Source of the DNA: Waterburya sp. | GTDB lineage: Bacteria > Cyanobacteriota > Cyanobacteriia > Cyanobacteriales > Xenococcaceae | Reading direction: 5' to 3' | NCBI GenBank assembly: GCA_965217895.1 | Contig: CBDCJV010000002.1 | Location: 4,416,001-4,480,000, forward strand | Length of the DNA: 64,000 nt | In this document: positions 23,507 through 34,341 of the stretch, in pieces | Layout: each line of letters starts with the position of its first letter | How positions within the stretch are numbered: position 1 is the first letter of the stretch | Program-made: the position numbers and the translations under genes | The notes under the pieces: model-generated | The model's input: the letters and a program-made list of their open reading frames with translations, nothing else | Told to the model about the DNA's origin: nothing | Databases searched by the model: none

Positions 23507-23908
23507 TTAATTAGGTGTTATTCGGTCAATAATTTTGCCAGTTGCCGAAATTTCTGATTGAATATCACCTATATTCTGAGTTTCTGGTAATTTGTTTATC
23601 CCTTCAATGGCGTTTTGTAACTTGCCATAACCATCAACGCCCTTGAGGCTTTCCTCATACACCTGATGTAGTTGAGCATAAGCCTCATCTTTTTGTCTAA
23701 TAATTTCAGCTTGAGATTCTAATTTGGCTGCTACTTCAGACAGCTTGGTTGCACTGCTACCAATAACAAGCTGCGTATTAGCTACTTTTAAGCCAACTTC
23801 AGGAGCGCGTGCAACCCGTATACCCAAACAGACAATAAAAATAAAAGCACCCCCAGAAAGCAAATTTAGCGAAAGTGGAGGCAGTCGAGAAAAACCTTTA
23901 GTAATCAT
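23507..23908 (-). CDS. TM plus coiled-coil protein, possible phage lysis accessory
   Basis: ATGA overlap with lysozyme stop; one TM followed by coiled coil. Confidence 0.5.
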   Translation of the reverse strand: MITKGFSRLPPLSLNLLSGGAFIFIVCLGIRVARAPEVGLKVANTQLVIGSSATKLSEVAAKLESQAEIIRQKDEAYAQLHQVYEESLKGVDGYGKLQNAIEGINKLPETQNIGDIQSEISATGKIIDRITPN

Positions 23909-24457
23909 TCTTTGGTAAATAAATTGTATTCATCTTTTCGGCGACTAACTAAACCAGGTAACTTTTGCCCACCGCCTCTTACCCAACGAGAAAACTGTCT
24001 AGCAGCGTCTTGATAATCACCTGTATTTAAAATCTGCAGTAAACTAGATTTGCTAAATGCACCTATACCAACGTTGAAAGTAAAGCTCACCAAAGCGTCA
24101 AATTCATTTTGATTTAGAGGTACTTGTACTAAACGTTCGATAGCCTCTTCATAGATTAAAAGATCTTCAAGCAGTAACTCTTCAGCTTTTTGATGGCTAA
24201 TCATCATTCCTTGCCTTACGTTTTTTGTATGACCATAACCAATAGTCCAGACACCAGCAGGACAAAGATAAGCATTGGTTCTTAAGCCTTCCCAACGTTT
24301 AATTAAATTAATTCCTGTCTGCGATAGTTTTTTTTTAACTTGAGATTCCCCTAAACCTATCATCCAAGTTATATATGGTCTTGCTCCTTCAGGTCGAGGC
24401 AGTAAATTTAATACCAGTCTGGCTTGCTGGTCAATTAAATAGTCAACTGGTAAATAG
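23905..24457 (-). pseudogene. Phage-type GH24 lysozyme, 5' end cut by the IS
   Basis: IKRWEGLRTNAYLCPAGVWTIGYGHT, FDALVSFTFNVG, LPGLVSRR; frame runs into the IS left end. Confidence 0.85.
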
Positions 24458-24585
24458 CTGGTTGACTGACAAAAGATGAAGAGAAAAACCTGAGAATAGA
24501 GATTCAGTAAAGAGTTGAGGGATTGACACAAAGCAAGGGGAGTCAGCACTCTGAGATTAGATACCACTGATAATTTCAGAATACT

Positions 24586-25885
24586 GTGAATCAAAACTCC
24601 CGTCTCTACAATGCCTTGAATCAATGGATGAGTCAACCTACTGACTGGTTACATTTATGTCATTTTAAAACTTGTATTTGGATGATAATTGCTTTAATAC
24701 ACACGGGCAATGTCAACCTGACAAAATGGTCGATGTACATCCCTTGTCGAGGGAAGTTTGCTCAAAGTAGACAGAGACGTATTCAGCGTTGGCTAAACAA
24801 TCCTCGAATCAATGTCCATCGAATTTACAAGTCCTTGGTCAAAGCAGCACTTTCTGATTGGTCAGAATCAAAAATATTTTTGGCATTAGACACTTCACTG
24901 TTCTGGGATGAGTATTGCCTTGTGCGGCTTTCAGTTATTCATCGAGGGAGAGCTTTACCGTTGGTGTGGAGAGTGATGAACCATGAAAGTGCTAGTATTT
25001 CAGTTACCGATTATCGAGAGATGATTAAGCAGGCACAAGTTAGGCTACCAGAATCAGTCAAGGTAATTTTACTCGCGGATCGAGGATTTATACATACCGA
25101 ATTGATGACCATGCTGACAACTCAACTAGGATAGCATTATCGTATCCGAATTAAGAGTAATACCTGGATTTGGCGCGGAAGTTGGTGTCAACCTAAAAAC
25201 TTTCACTTTCATTTAAAAGAGGCAATTTGCTTACACAACGTACAGATTCACAAAGGTGAATTTTATGGCAAAGTTCATGTGATTCTTGGTCGCAACAACG
25301 TTAACGGCGAACTATGGGCAATTGTCAGTAATGAAAAAACTACTCTACAAAGCTTTGCTGAATATGGATTACGTTTTGATGGGGCGACCCCCTAAAGGGT
25401 TCAACAGTTTGCTCAACGGGTCATAGACCCGCAATGCAACTGTCTCACCGCGTCGGCGTAAGACGCAAGACAAAGGCTTTAGCCGCATGTACGCGCCCCA
25501 TGTTGATATCGAAGAGAATTTTTTAGATGACCAATCTGGTGGTTGAAATGTTCAACGCTCGATGATTCGAGATGTATGCGCTTTGTCCCGTTTGTGGTTT
25601 ATCCTATCTGTGGCTACTCTCTACGTTAGTGCGCAAGGTGTTGAGGTACTTCGTATTGGCAAACGAAGATGGGTTGATACTCATTGGTTTCGTGGTAATA
25701 GCTATTTGAGGATTGGTTGGGATTGGGTCAAAGCCGCACTCATTAATGGTTGGAATTTACTTCATTGCGTGACTTTCTCTAGTAATCAAGATCCCTCACC
25801 TGCAATGGCATCACGATCGCAATATCAAAAACGAGCATATCAGTTGGAGTTCAAAGTTTTAACTTATTCCTACAATATTTCTTGA
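24586..25885 (+). pseudogene. DDE transposase pseudogene
   Basis: LALDT, LADRGF, YGLRFDIEENFLD; stops at 25132 (TAG) and 25544 (TGA); 127-nt insertion 25381-25507. Confidence 0.9.
25381..25507. repeat. Nested micro-repeat insertion in the transposase
   Basis: Splits RFD|IEE; TTGAT duplicated; ATGGGGCG/CGCCCCAT inverted ends. Confidence 0.85.
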
Positions 25886-25906
25886 AAGTTTTGTCAGTCA
25901 ATCAGG

Positions 25907-26080
25907 GAAACTACACCTATTAATGATGAGTTACTAAATAGCAATCTTATCCAACCCGAATTAGACGTTAGCAGCGTACCCGAGGAGGCAACTAATTTTT
26001 CTAGTATACTTCCTGCTAACGCGGATGTAGCAAACGTACTTGTTGATGCAGTACCCTATATGTCTTCAGATCGCCCGTAG
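25907..26080 (+). pseudogene. Orphan fragment paralogous to the N-terminus of the 1400-aa RTX protein
   Basis: INDELLNSNLIQPEL...VDAVPYM versus QNDKLLDSKLIRPEL...VDAVRYM. Confidence 0.75.
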
Positions 26081-26298
26081 GGTGGGCAAATTAATAATTT
26101 AGATATTTACTTAATTTTAAATTGTTGCCCACCAGAATAATATTTTATTTATTAATACAAACAATCGCTTTTATCCATCCTTTATTTAAATTGCGATCGC
26201 CTTTGTATGAAGATGATCGATAGGTACGATCGCCTTACCGTAGGGTGGGCAAAAAATCAATAATTAGCATGATTTATAATGACTTTAATTTGCCCACC
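26075..26298 (+). repeat. Two GTAG-type REP-like elements
   Basis: CCGTAGGGTGGGCAA-(AT-rich spacer)-TTGCCCACC at 26075-26133 and 26238-26298. Confidence 0.8.
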
Positions 26299-26932
26299 AA
26301 ATAAAAAAATTTTCTGCAATTCTAATCGCTTTTTAAAATTATAATTTATCGATAAATTTTCTCTAGTTGCGATCGCCATAAAAATCTAATCATCTTTTTT
26401 GAGTTCTAATTCTAGAAATAAAAACCACCATGAATTAATTTGAATTAGATAAATGTAATTTAGCTTACAGTGATTTTGACTAATAAATATTTCCCCTGTC
26501 GGTAATTACTTAAACATTCAATTATTTTTTAATCAAAAATACCTAAAGTATTGAAATTAAGTAAAACAAATTACATCATTTAAAAATAAAAGCTAGCTAA
26601 ATATAACTATTGACATTGCCCCCCCCTTTAATGTTATCAATGATACAAGATGTGATTTGAAACATTATTTCTCGTGATTCAGATCACAACCTACTATTAA
26701 TTAACAGTTCGATAAGTATTTAAATTATTTGTAAGTTGATCTTTTGGCAAAACTTTTTCTAAACTCTAGCTTACTAAATATCACCATTACTTTTGAATAA
26801 CAACTATATTTTTTTAGTAGAAATAGAAATACATTTTTGCTACTTAATTAAGTGATTCATTATGATTTTTTTACGCTCAAAAATATTCGATCTTGATACT
26901 CTTATAGATAGTCCTTAATTTCTCAAGATAAA

Positions 26933-27520
26933 ATGAATAATTTGACTAAGTTTTTTCTGTGTATCTTTAGTTCTATCTTATTACTATTACTAACCATTTC
27001 TTTAGTAGAAATTAGAACCAATATCGCCTTAAATGATTACTCAATGTTCCCTTCGGGGGTCAAAGTAGTTGATAAAGCAATCTTAGGTAGAAGAGAAAGA
27101 ACTTTAGCTAATGGATTGATGAGTGCATATTATGATGAGCTTCAGGACGGAATTTTAAGGGCATTTCGTCGTAATGCAATAGAGCTTGTTTGTACTAATC
27201 AAGGTAATGTTTTGCTGAGTCTAAAAATATTAAATTATAGAGGGATTATTATAAATGATAAACCTATTCTTCAAATTGATGATGATAGTTTGAGAGGAGG
27301 TAAAGTTCCAATCAAAAACATAACCTATTTAGGTAATAGATATTTCCATACTATAGTTAGCGATCCACTTTCCAAAAGAGAAAAGACTTTAATTATAAGA
27401 GCTTTAGAACAAAGCAACTTCACTACCATCAGCTTTTATGCAATGGATGGCAGTAATTTGTTTACTAATGATGCCAAAGTTTCTGAAGTCAAACAACTAA
27501 TCAATAATTGTCAACCATAA
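26933..27520 (+). CDS. Membrane-anchored or exported hypothetical protein
   Basis: N-terminal hydrophobic helix; AT-rich; directly upstream of the RTX gene. Confidence 0.7.
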   Translation: MNNLTKFFLCIFSSILLLLLTISLVEIRTNIALNDYSMFPSGVKVVDKAILGRRERTLANGLMSAYYDELQDGILRAFRRNAIELVCTNQGNVLLSLKILNYRGIIINDKPILQIDDDSLRGGKVPIKNITYLGNRYFHTIVSDPLSKREKTLIIRALEQSNFTTISFYAMDGSNLFTNDAKVSEVKQLINNCQP

Positions 27521-27591
27521 ACCATAAATAGCAACAATCATTAAATTGCTCTTGCTATTTATTTCAACTTAAGTATTTTGGAGTATTAACA

Positions 27592-30500
27592 ATGAATAAA
27601 GTTATCTATAATTTTCCACTAGATCCCAATAGTAATTCAGAATCCGAATTAATTACTGCACTATATCTATACGGAGAAAATGTACAAATTGATGCGAATG
27701 GAAAACCAGTTGTTCCTCAAAATGACAAACTGTTAGATAGTAAATTAATTCGACCAGAACTCATTGTTCCTGGAGATGCTACAAATCAGACTCAACTCAA
27801 TATTCCTTTCATTGAAGCCGATGTCGATGCCGTACGATACATGAATATCGGTCCTGGACAATATGCTAATGGAAGTCAGTTTGACTTAGTAAAAGCATTT
27901 TTTGGAGAGGGTAAGTCAGAAATGACTTCAAAAAATGGGAAAGATAATTTTAACCCAAATTACAACGATTCTACATATTTCGATCAAAACAAGAATCTTA
28001 AACCTGGTACTTATACTAGACTGGAATTAGATAAAATATTCTTTCAAGACAAGCTGAAAGACTATAGTACAAATCTGGAATTACGTAACTATAATAAAAT
28101 TGACAACTACGGTGAAACAGTCTACGTTTGGAATTCACAACAATTTTCATTACCAGAAGACGTACTATTTGTCGTCAATAACGATGAAACAAAAGAAATC
28201 CAGAACTTTCGTATTGAACCGAATAAAAGACCACAACTTAACTTCAAAGAAAATTTTGACTTTGAAACCGCCAATTTGGGGGTTGGAATATTAAGTGGAT
28301 TAATATTAGAACCTCGTGTCGATCCTTCAAAAATTGGTCGTACAGTATACTTCGAGTTTGATAACAGAGCCAATCTTCCTTTTCGTGTGTATAACCAGAC
28401 AAATTTTAATAGCGACGTTGCCAGAGAGAACTCGCTCAAAGGTTTTGACCCTTTTAAACTCAATGACGCAATGCTAGAACAAGCTGGAAAATTATTCGAT
28501 GCAGGAATCACTAAGTTTCTCTATCAAGACAAACCAGTTGTTTATGGAACGGATAATCAAGACATTTTAGCTCCAATTGGAATAAATAGCTTAACTTTTC
28601 CATATCAATCAGAGTATAAAAGCAACGGTTATGTTTTGATTGGCGGAAAGGATATAGATTATCTTCCTGGAGGTTTTAATGAAGACATTTTGATAGGAAA
28701 CGAAGGAGATGACGTAATTACAGGGGATGCTCCTGTCACAAGTATTATTGGTGGTAATGATACTCTTGATGGTGGCGAAGGTAATGATAATCTTAATGGA
28801 GGTGTTGGAGAAGATGTAGCAGTCTTCACAGATACTTATACCGATGAAAATGGTACTCCAAATTATGCGATTGTTACCGATACTGAAAATGAAATTACAA
28901 ACGTTAGACATATTGTAGGCATAAGCGACACGGGAATCGATGGGATTGATACCCTCAAAAACGTCGAGTGGGGTTCATTCAAAGGTGAATTAGTAGATTT
29001 AAGCAATCTAGCATCCACCCGTTCAAGCGGAAAAGACGCATCAGGAAACCAAACAATTGCCGCCGTCTCAGCCGATTCAGGCGAAGCCACACCTCCACCT
29101 CGCATCATCCCCCTACCCCTAGAAGACGGAGAAGAAGACACAGAATCAGAACAATCGATAGACACTACAGCCAATCCCAACCCCAACGACCCACCCACAC
29201 CACCCCACGTATCCCTAACTGCACCAGTAGCAATGTTGGATGGAGATGTAGAATATACCCTCAACATTTCCCCCTATAAACCAGATACCCAATACAACAT
29301 CTCTTACATCTTCGACACCTCCGCTAGTATGGATGCAGTCGAACTACAGCAAGCCAAAGACGCTTATACAGATCTAACCAACTACTTTATTGATAATGAA
29401 GTAGCAGAAAACATCAACTTTAGCGTAGTGCAGTTTAGTCGTAACGCCATACCTTACTTTAACTTAACTGCCGACCAAGCCATATCCACTATCCAAAGTT
29501 TAACCACTGCCCCCGCATCAGAAGGAACAAAATACAACGATGCTCTTTATCAAGGATTCAACTTTTTAACACAATCCCCAAAAGATGCCCGAAATACAAC
29601 TAACATTGCCTATTTTGTATCCGATGGAAGATCTCAAACTAACTTTTCTGACCCCAATGATCTTTCTTATGTTTATGATGCTCAAACCCTACGAAGATTT
29701 TCTAACGTGCAAGCATTTGGTATTGATGATGGGACAAATTCAGCAGGAGGAGTAACCCAAAGTCAACTAAACTTTGTCGATTCTAATAATGGTCTGATTG
29801 TAGGTGATGCTTCTAACTTGTCAGCCGAATTAAACAAGTCAGGATTAGCAGGAAATGTAGATCATGTCGATATCCTAGTAGATGGTCAGGTAGTAGAAAC
29901 AGTTCAACCCGAACAATTAACCGATAGTCCTCTGGGATTAACTTATGAAGGCTCAGTCGAAGATTTAGATGTCAGCATTGATGCAGAGAATATAGTTACC
30001 GCCGAGGTGGTTTACACACCCGCAAGCAATCTTGCCACCACAGACGTAGACTTTACCGTTACCGCAGGAGAAGGTAAGCTAACCGACAGTAATGGTAATC
30101 CGATTGACGAGTCGGCAAATACTAGTGGAGATGAAGATCCTTTTGCCAGAATACGTAATGGTGGAGATGGCAATGATGATATTACCCTGGGTTATGTAGA
30201 TAAAGGTGCAAGCGGTGGAGATGGTGGCGATTACATAGTCGGCAACAAGCGAGATAACATCCTCGACGGTGGTGCAGGGAACGATACTATTTATGGGCAT
30301 GGTGGAGACGATACAATTACCACTGGTGCAGGTCGCGACAAGGTAGATGGTGGCGCAGGAATTGATACAGTAGTTTACGATGATGTCGCCTATCAAGGAA
30401 ACAACAGTATTTTTCTGCGCCAAGCTGGCAACACGGTTAGCTACAACAGCACTAATTCCCTGAGCAATATCGAATTTATCCAGTTTGATGATGTCAGAAT

Positions 30501-31794
30501 CAGTACCCAGACATTAGAAATCACTCCAGTAATGGAAATTGAAATTGATGAAGTTCAGGTAAGAGAAGGAAGCACCGCTACCTTCAACTTTAAATTAGAT
30601 ATGCCAGCACCAGTAGATGTACAGTTCAATTACAGTACCGAAGATTTAGATGCTCTGGCTGGATCTGATTATGTTACTACATCAGGACAAATAACTATCC
30701 CCGCAGGAGAAACTACCGCTACGATTGATGTTGAAACTATTGATGATACTGTCTACAACGAGCTAACAGAAACATTTGCTTTAAATCTATCAGGGTTATC
30801 TGGAGCTACCTTTAGCGATAACAAAACAGAATTTGGATTAGTTGCCTATATCGAAAATAAAGATGAAGCCTTGGTTCTCAATGGCGGAACAGATGATGAT
30901 ATTTTAACTGGAGGAAAGGGCGACGATATCTTATTTGGCTATGCAGGTAATGATACTCTCAACGGTGGAGCGGGTACTGACCGCCTTTATGTAGCAGTAG
31001 ATAGTGATATTACCCTGAATAACACCACAGTAACTGGCGATGGCACTGATACCTTTAGCAACATTGAACTGGCTAATCTCTACGGCTATGCAGGCAATAA
31101 TTTCATTGATGCTAGGGGTGCAACTCAAGTCGAAACGGTTATTAAAGGTGGTGCTGGCAACGATACCCTCAGAGGCGGTGCAGGAAATGACACGATTTTC
31201 GGCGAGAATGATAATGATGTTTTATTTGGTGAAGCAGGTAATGATACTCTCAACGGTGGAGCGGGTACTGACCGTCTTTATGTTGTTAGCGATAATAATA
31301 TTGTCCTAAATGACAACACGGTAACTGGCGATGGCACTGATACCTTTAGCAACATTGAACTGGCTAATCTCTATGGTCGTGATGGAAATAATTTCATTGA
31401 TGCTAGAGGTGCAACTCAAGTCAAAACGGTTATTAAAGGTGGTGATGGCAACGATACCCTCAGAGGTGGTGCAGGAAATGACACGACCGAGGGTGGTAAT
31501 GGTAATGATATCTTATTTGGTGGAGCAGGTGATGATACCTTAAGCGGTAACGGTGGCGCAGATGTTTTTGCTCTTGAATCGGTAGTAGGTAGAGATGTAA
31601 TTAATGATTTTGATAATGGAGTAGATTTATTTAATTTGACTGGTTCATTAAGCTTTAGCGACTTGAATATCTTTAGTAATGCAGCAGGCACAGCAGTGAT
31701 AATTAGAGATATTAGCAATGACAATCAACTCTTGGCAATTATTAATGATGTTAGGGCAGCAGATATTACGGCAGAGGATTTCACCGATATCTAA
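27592..31794 (+). CDS. RTX calcium-binding protein with unknown N-terminal domain, vWA and Calx-beta domains
   Basis: GGxGxD nonapeptides; vWA MIDAS FDTSASM and FVSDG; Calx-beta AGSDYVTTSGQITIPAGET. Confidence 0.9.
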   Translation: MNKVIYNFPLDPNSNSESELITALYLYGENVQIDANGKPVVPQNDKLLDSKLIRPELIVPGDATNQTQLNIPFIEADVDAVRYMNIGPGQYANGSQFDLVKAFFGEGKSEMTSKNGKDNFNPNYNDSTYFDQNKNLKPGTYTRLELDKIFFQDKLKDYSTNLELRNYNKIDNYGETVYVWNSQQFSLPEDVLFVVNNDETKEIQNFRIEPNKRPQLNFKENFDFETANLGVGILSGLILEPRVDPSKIGRTVYFEFDNRANLPFRVYNQTNFNSDVARENSLKGFDPFKLNDAMLEQAGKLFDAGITKFLYQDKPVVYGTDNQDILAPIGINSLTFPYQSEYKSNGYVLIGGKDIDYLPGGFNEDILIGNEGDDVITGDAPVTSIIGGNDTLDGGEGNDNLNGGVGEDVAVFTDTYTDENGTPNYAIVTDTENEITNVRHIVGISDTGIDGIDTLKNVEWGSFKGELVDLSNLASTRSSGKDASGNQTIAAVSADSGEATPPPRIIPLPLEDGEEDTESEQSIDTTANPNPNDPPTPPHVSLTAPVAMLDGDVEYTLNISPYKPDTQYNISYIFDTSASMDAVELQQAKDAYTDLTNYFIDNEVAENINFSVVQFSRNAIPYFNLTADQAISTIQSLTTAPASEGTKYNDALYQGFNFLTQSPKDARNTTNIAYFVSDGRSQTNFSDPNDLSYVYDAQTLRRFSNVQAFGIDDGTNSAGGVTQSQLNFVDSNNGLIVGDASNLSAELNKSGLAGNVDHVDILVDGQVVETVQPEQLTDSPLGLTYEGSVEDLDVSIDAENIVTAEVVYTPASNLATTDVDFTVTAGEGKLTDSNGNPIDESANTSGDEDPFARIRNGGDGNDDITLGYVDKGASGGDGGDYIVGNKRDNILDGGAGNDTIYGHGGDDTITTGAGRDKVDGGAGIDTVVYDDVAYQGNNSIFLRQAGNTVSYNSTNSLSNIEFIQFDDVRISTQTLEITPVMEIEIDEVQVREGSTATFNFKLDMPAPVDVQFNYSTEDLDALAGSDYVTTSGQITIPAGETTATIDVETIDDTVYNELTETFALNLSGLSGATFSDNKTEFGLVAYIENKDEALVLNGGTDDDILTGGKGDDILFGYAGNDTLNGGAGTDRLYVAVDSDITLNNTTVTGDGTDTFSNIELANLYGYAGNNFIDARGATQVETVIKGGAGNDTLRGGAGNDTIFGENDNDVLFGEAGNDTLNGGAGTDRLYVVSDNNIVLNDNTVTGDGTDTFSNIELANLYGRDGNNFIDARGATQVKTVIKGGDGNDTLRGGAGNDTTEGGNGNDILFGGAGDDTLSGNGGADVFALESVVGRDVINDFDNGVDLFNLTGSLSFSDLNIFSNAAGTAVIIRDISNDNQLLAIINDVRAADITAEDFTDI
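30943..31486. repeat. Intragenic tandem duplication (291-nt offset)
   Basis: 30943-31195 matches 31234-31486. Confidence 0.9.
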
Positions 31795-32202
31795 AGATGG
31801 CACGGCTGAATTGAAACATGAACCGTAATCTCAGAAAGAACAAGCTCAGAAAGACTACTTTAATGATGCTTGAAGACCCGTTCCTGAGCCTGATTATGGA
31901 TAGGAGTTAATGTCATTGGTGAATCATTTAATCCCTTCTATCCCAATTTATTTGATTTATGAATCGCCAAGGTAGCGATCGCCTGACCAATAAAAAAGCG
32001 ATCGCTTTTATTTTTTAACTATATTACCAACTTGCGATCGCTCGGCTGTTGAACTCACGTTCTTTTAGGAAACTGAGGTAGAAATGCCTTTTTTTCTTAA
32101 TTTATACTAGACATAAAAAATAAAATACAAAAATGTTTGATTAATATTTTTGAGCTAATGAAATCAGCTATTTTATTGCTAAAAATTTGTCTAATAGACA
32201 GT

Positions 32203-32244
32203 CTCTAGATAGATAACCTTTAGATAGATAAACCTTAGATAGAT
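32203..32244 (+). promoter_or_regulatory. Three phased CYNNNGATAGAT boxes with 15-nt period
   Basis: Boxes at 32203, 32218, 32233; further copies at 36306 and 36652. Confidence 0.65.
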
Positions 32245-32441
32245 GTTTTTTATCTAGAAAAATGCAAACATTATGAGCGTGAATAAAAATAAATTTCTTG
32301 CATGAATAAAATGTTAGTTTTCTTATCTTTTGGTTAGATAATTGACAATCATTTGTGTAAGAAGTCTAATCGCTAATTTTAACTTGAGTCAATTAAATGA
32401 TTCAAATTAGCTTAAGGCATAAATAAATCAAGGAGAAAACT

Positions 32442-33443
32442 ATGGATAATTACAATAACATGGATAATCATAAGAAATTTTATAAACGTGCTTCTGGACT
32501 ATTTTATAGTCGCGACGAAGCAGAAGCAGCAGTTCGCGCTCTTAAAGATGATGGTTATGATATGGATCATGTATCTGTCATTGCTAGAGATGCCGATCAA
32601 ATAAGCGGACACGAAACTACTGAGCATGTTGGTAATAAAGCTGATGATGGTGCTGCTACTGGAATAGTAACAGGTGGTGCTTTAGGTGGTATCGGTGGAC
32701 TATTGGTTGGTCTAGGAACACTAGCAATTCCTGGTATTGGACCAATCTTACTAGCAGGCGCAGGAGCGACAACTCTGGCAACTACGTTGGCTGGTGCGGG
32801 TATTGGTGCTGTTGCGGGTGGTCTGATTGGAGGTTTAGTTGGTCTGGGTATTCCTGAAGAAAAGGCAAAAATATACAATGATCGTGTAAAGGGAGGAAGC
32901 TTCCTAGTCATAGTTAACGGCACAGCAGCAGAAATTGCCCGTGCAAAACCAATCATGGAACATCATGGTGTAGAAGAATTTGGCATTTACGATGTCCCAG
33001 GCGCAAGACCCACTGCTGTTACTGATGTAGATGAAGATATTAGAACTAGAACCGATGTAGCCGACCACGACAAAATTAGACTATACGAAGAACGCTTGAT
33101 GGTGAACAAACAGCGCACTAAAGCTGGGGATGTTTCTATTGGTAAGCGAGTAGAAACCGAAACCGCTAGGGTTGATGTTCCTGTAGAGAAAGAGCGTATC
33201 GTTATTGAACGCACAGATGCTACCTCTGGCAGAGCTGTTGCTCCTGGTACTGCTAACTTTACTGGTAACGAAGTAGCTAAAGTGGATCTTTACGAAGAAA
33301 CTGCCGACATTAAAAAGCAAGCTTTTGTTCGTGAAGAGGTCAATGTTCGCAAAGAAGTAGATACAGAAACTGTCCAAGCCAGAGAAACTGTTCGTCGTGA
33401 AGAATTAGAGGTAGACTCAGACGGCGATGTTATTGAGCGTTAA
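32442..33443 (+). CDS. General stress protein with Gly-zipper and DUF2382 (YsnF/AvaK) domain
   Basis: GLGIPEEKAKIY; IRLYEERL...GDVSIGKRVETE. Confidence 0.85.
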   Translation: MDNYNNMDNHKKFYKRASGLFYSRDEAEAAVRALKDDGYDMDHVSVIARDADQISGHETTEHVGNKADDGAATGIVTGGALGGIGGLLVGLGTLAIPGIGPILLAGAGATTLATTLAGAGIGAVAGGLIGGLVGLGIPEEKAKIYNDRVKGGSFLVIVNGTAAEIARAKPIMEHHGVEEFGIYDVPGARPTAVTDVDEDIRTRTDVADHDKIRLYEERLMVNKQRTKAGDVSIGKRVETETARVDVPVEKERIVIERTDATSGRAVAPGTANFTGNEVAKVDLYEETADIKKQAFVREEVNVRKEVDTETVQARETVRREELEVDSDGDVIER

Positions 33444-33724
33444 CTGTAACAGACATTGAGCGTTAATTAGCAAGAAAAAGGCGATTAATGTTCAAGACCC
33501 GACGGCAAATTTTCTAGGCAATCTCTAATCTGTCAAAGATGAAGTACATAAGATTAAATGTGCAGCTATATAATTTTCTATCTAGTTGTTACATTTTTGA
33601 AAATAATTTATATGTCTGTATTTTTAGTCTTTTAGCTTGATACCTTGGCAATTTATCGATTTGATGATGATACTTTCGCCACAGTCAGTCAATAAAATCA
33701 ATTATCCATAAGCGAGACAACACA

Positions 33725-34180
33725 ATGAATAAACTAACAACATTTTTAATAGGTGGTATTTTACTTTTCGGCGCAGTCGGCTGTGATGTAGCTCGAACTA
33801 GTGCTGATGCTCCTACTTCGGTCAACGGTAAAGTCGAAGACCCTGGACAGGTAAAGGATACCAAAGAAGACGCTACCAACGAAATTCGCCAAAAGCAGCT
33901 AGATTCTGACATCCGCGCCAGAGAGCAACGTAATGATATAGCAGGCAACCAGGGAAAAAGAGACGATTCTGATATCGAAAGTGAAATTAGAGCAAAACTA
34001 GAGGCTAATATACCTCGCTCTAAACTAACTGTACAAGCAGACAATGGAAATGTAGTTATTGCAGGAACTGTTCCTAATGATAAAGAATACTCAACCATCA
34101 AACCATTAGCTCAAAAAATTACGGGAGTTAACAATGTAAATATAGATAACGTAAAAGTAGTACCTGGACCAGAATCATAG
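33725..34180 (+). CDS. BON-domain lipoprotein
   Basis: Lipobox GAVGC, BON domain DSDIESEIRAKL...VVIAGTV. Confidence 0.85.
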   Translation: MNKLTTFLIGGILLFGAVGCDVARTSADAPTSVNGKVEDPGQVKDTKEDATNEIRQKQLDSDIRAREQRNDIAGNQGKRDDSDIESEIRAKLEANIPRSKLTVQADNGNVVIAGTVPNDKEYSTIKPLAQKITGVNNVNIDNVKVVPGPES

Positions 34181-34341
34181 ATTTAGTCTTTAGTTAATTC
34201 CTGACTCGTCAGATACGATAGCCAAGCTTAAAAGTTATACAAGTAATTTACTATGTAAGAAAACAACTGTTTAGCAAACAAAATGAGTTGGCATCAGTCT
34301 CTGACGAGTTTTTTGCTTAATTTGCTTTTAAATAACTCATC

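Larger units (their letters stand above)
24458..25905 (+). mobile_element. Degenerate IS4-superfamily insertion sequence
   Basis: 17-bp TIRs CTGGTTGACTGACAAAA (24458-24474) and TTTTGTCAGTCAATCAG (25889-25905), one mismatch; no target duplication seen. Confidence 0.88.

Noticed and set aside
24458..24636. Long N-terminal extension of the lysozyme ORF
   Set aside because: Read-through into the antisense strand of the IS end
28100..31724. Many short antisense or overlapping ORFs here and over other long genes
   Set aside because: Shadow frames of well-supported genes with no recognisable motifs
31795..31910. Possible gene remnant after the RTX gene
   Set aside because: Too short and interrupted to assign
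33470..33545. Possible c-di-GMP riboswitch-like sequence
   Set aside because: Could not build convincing stems
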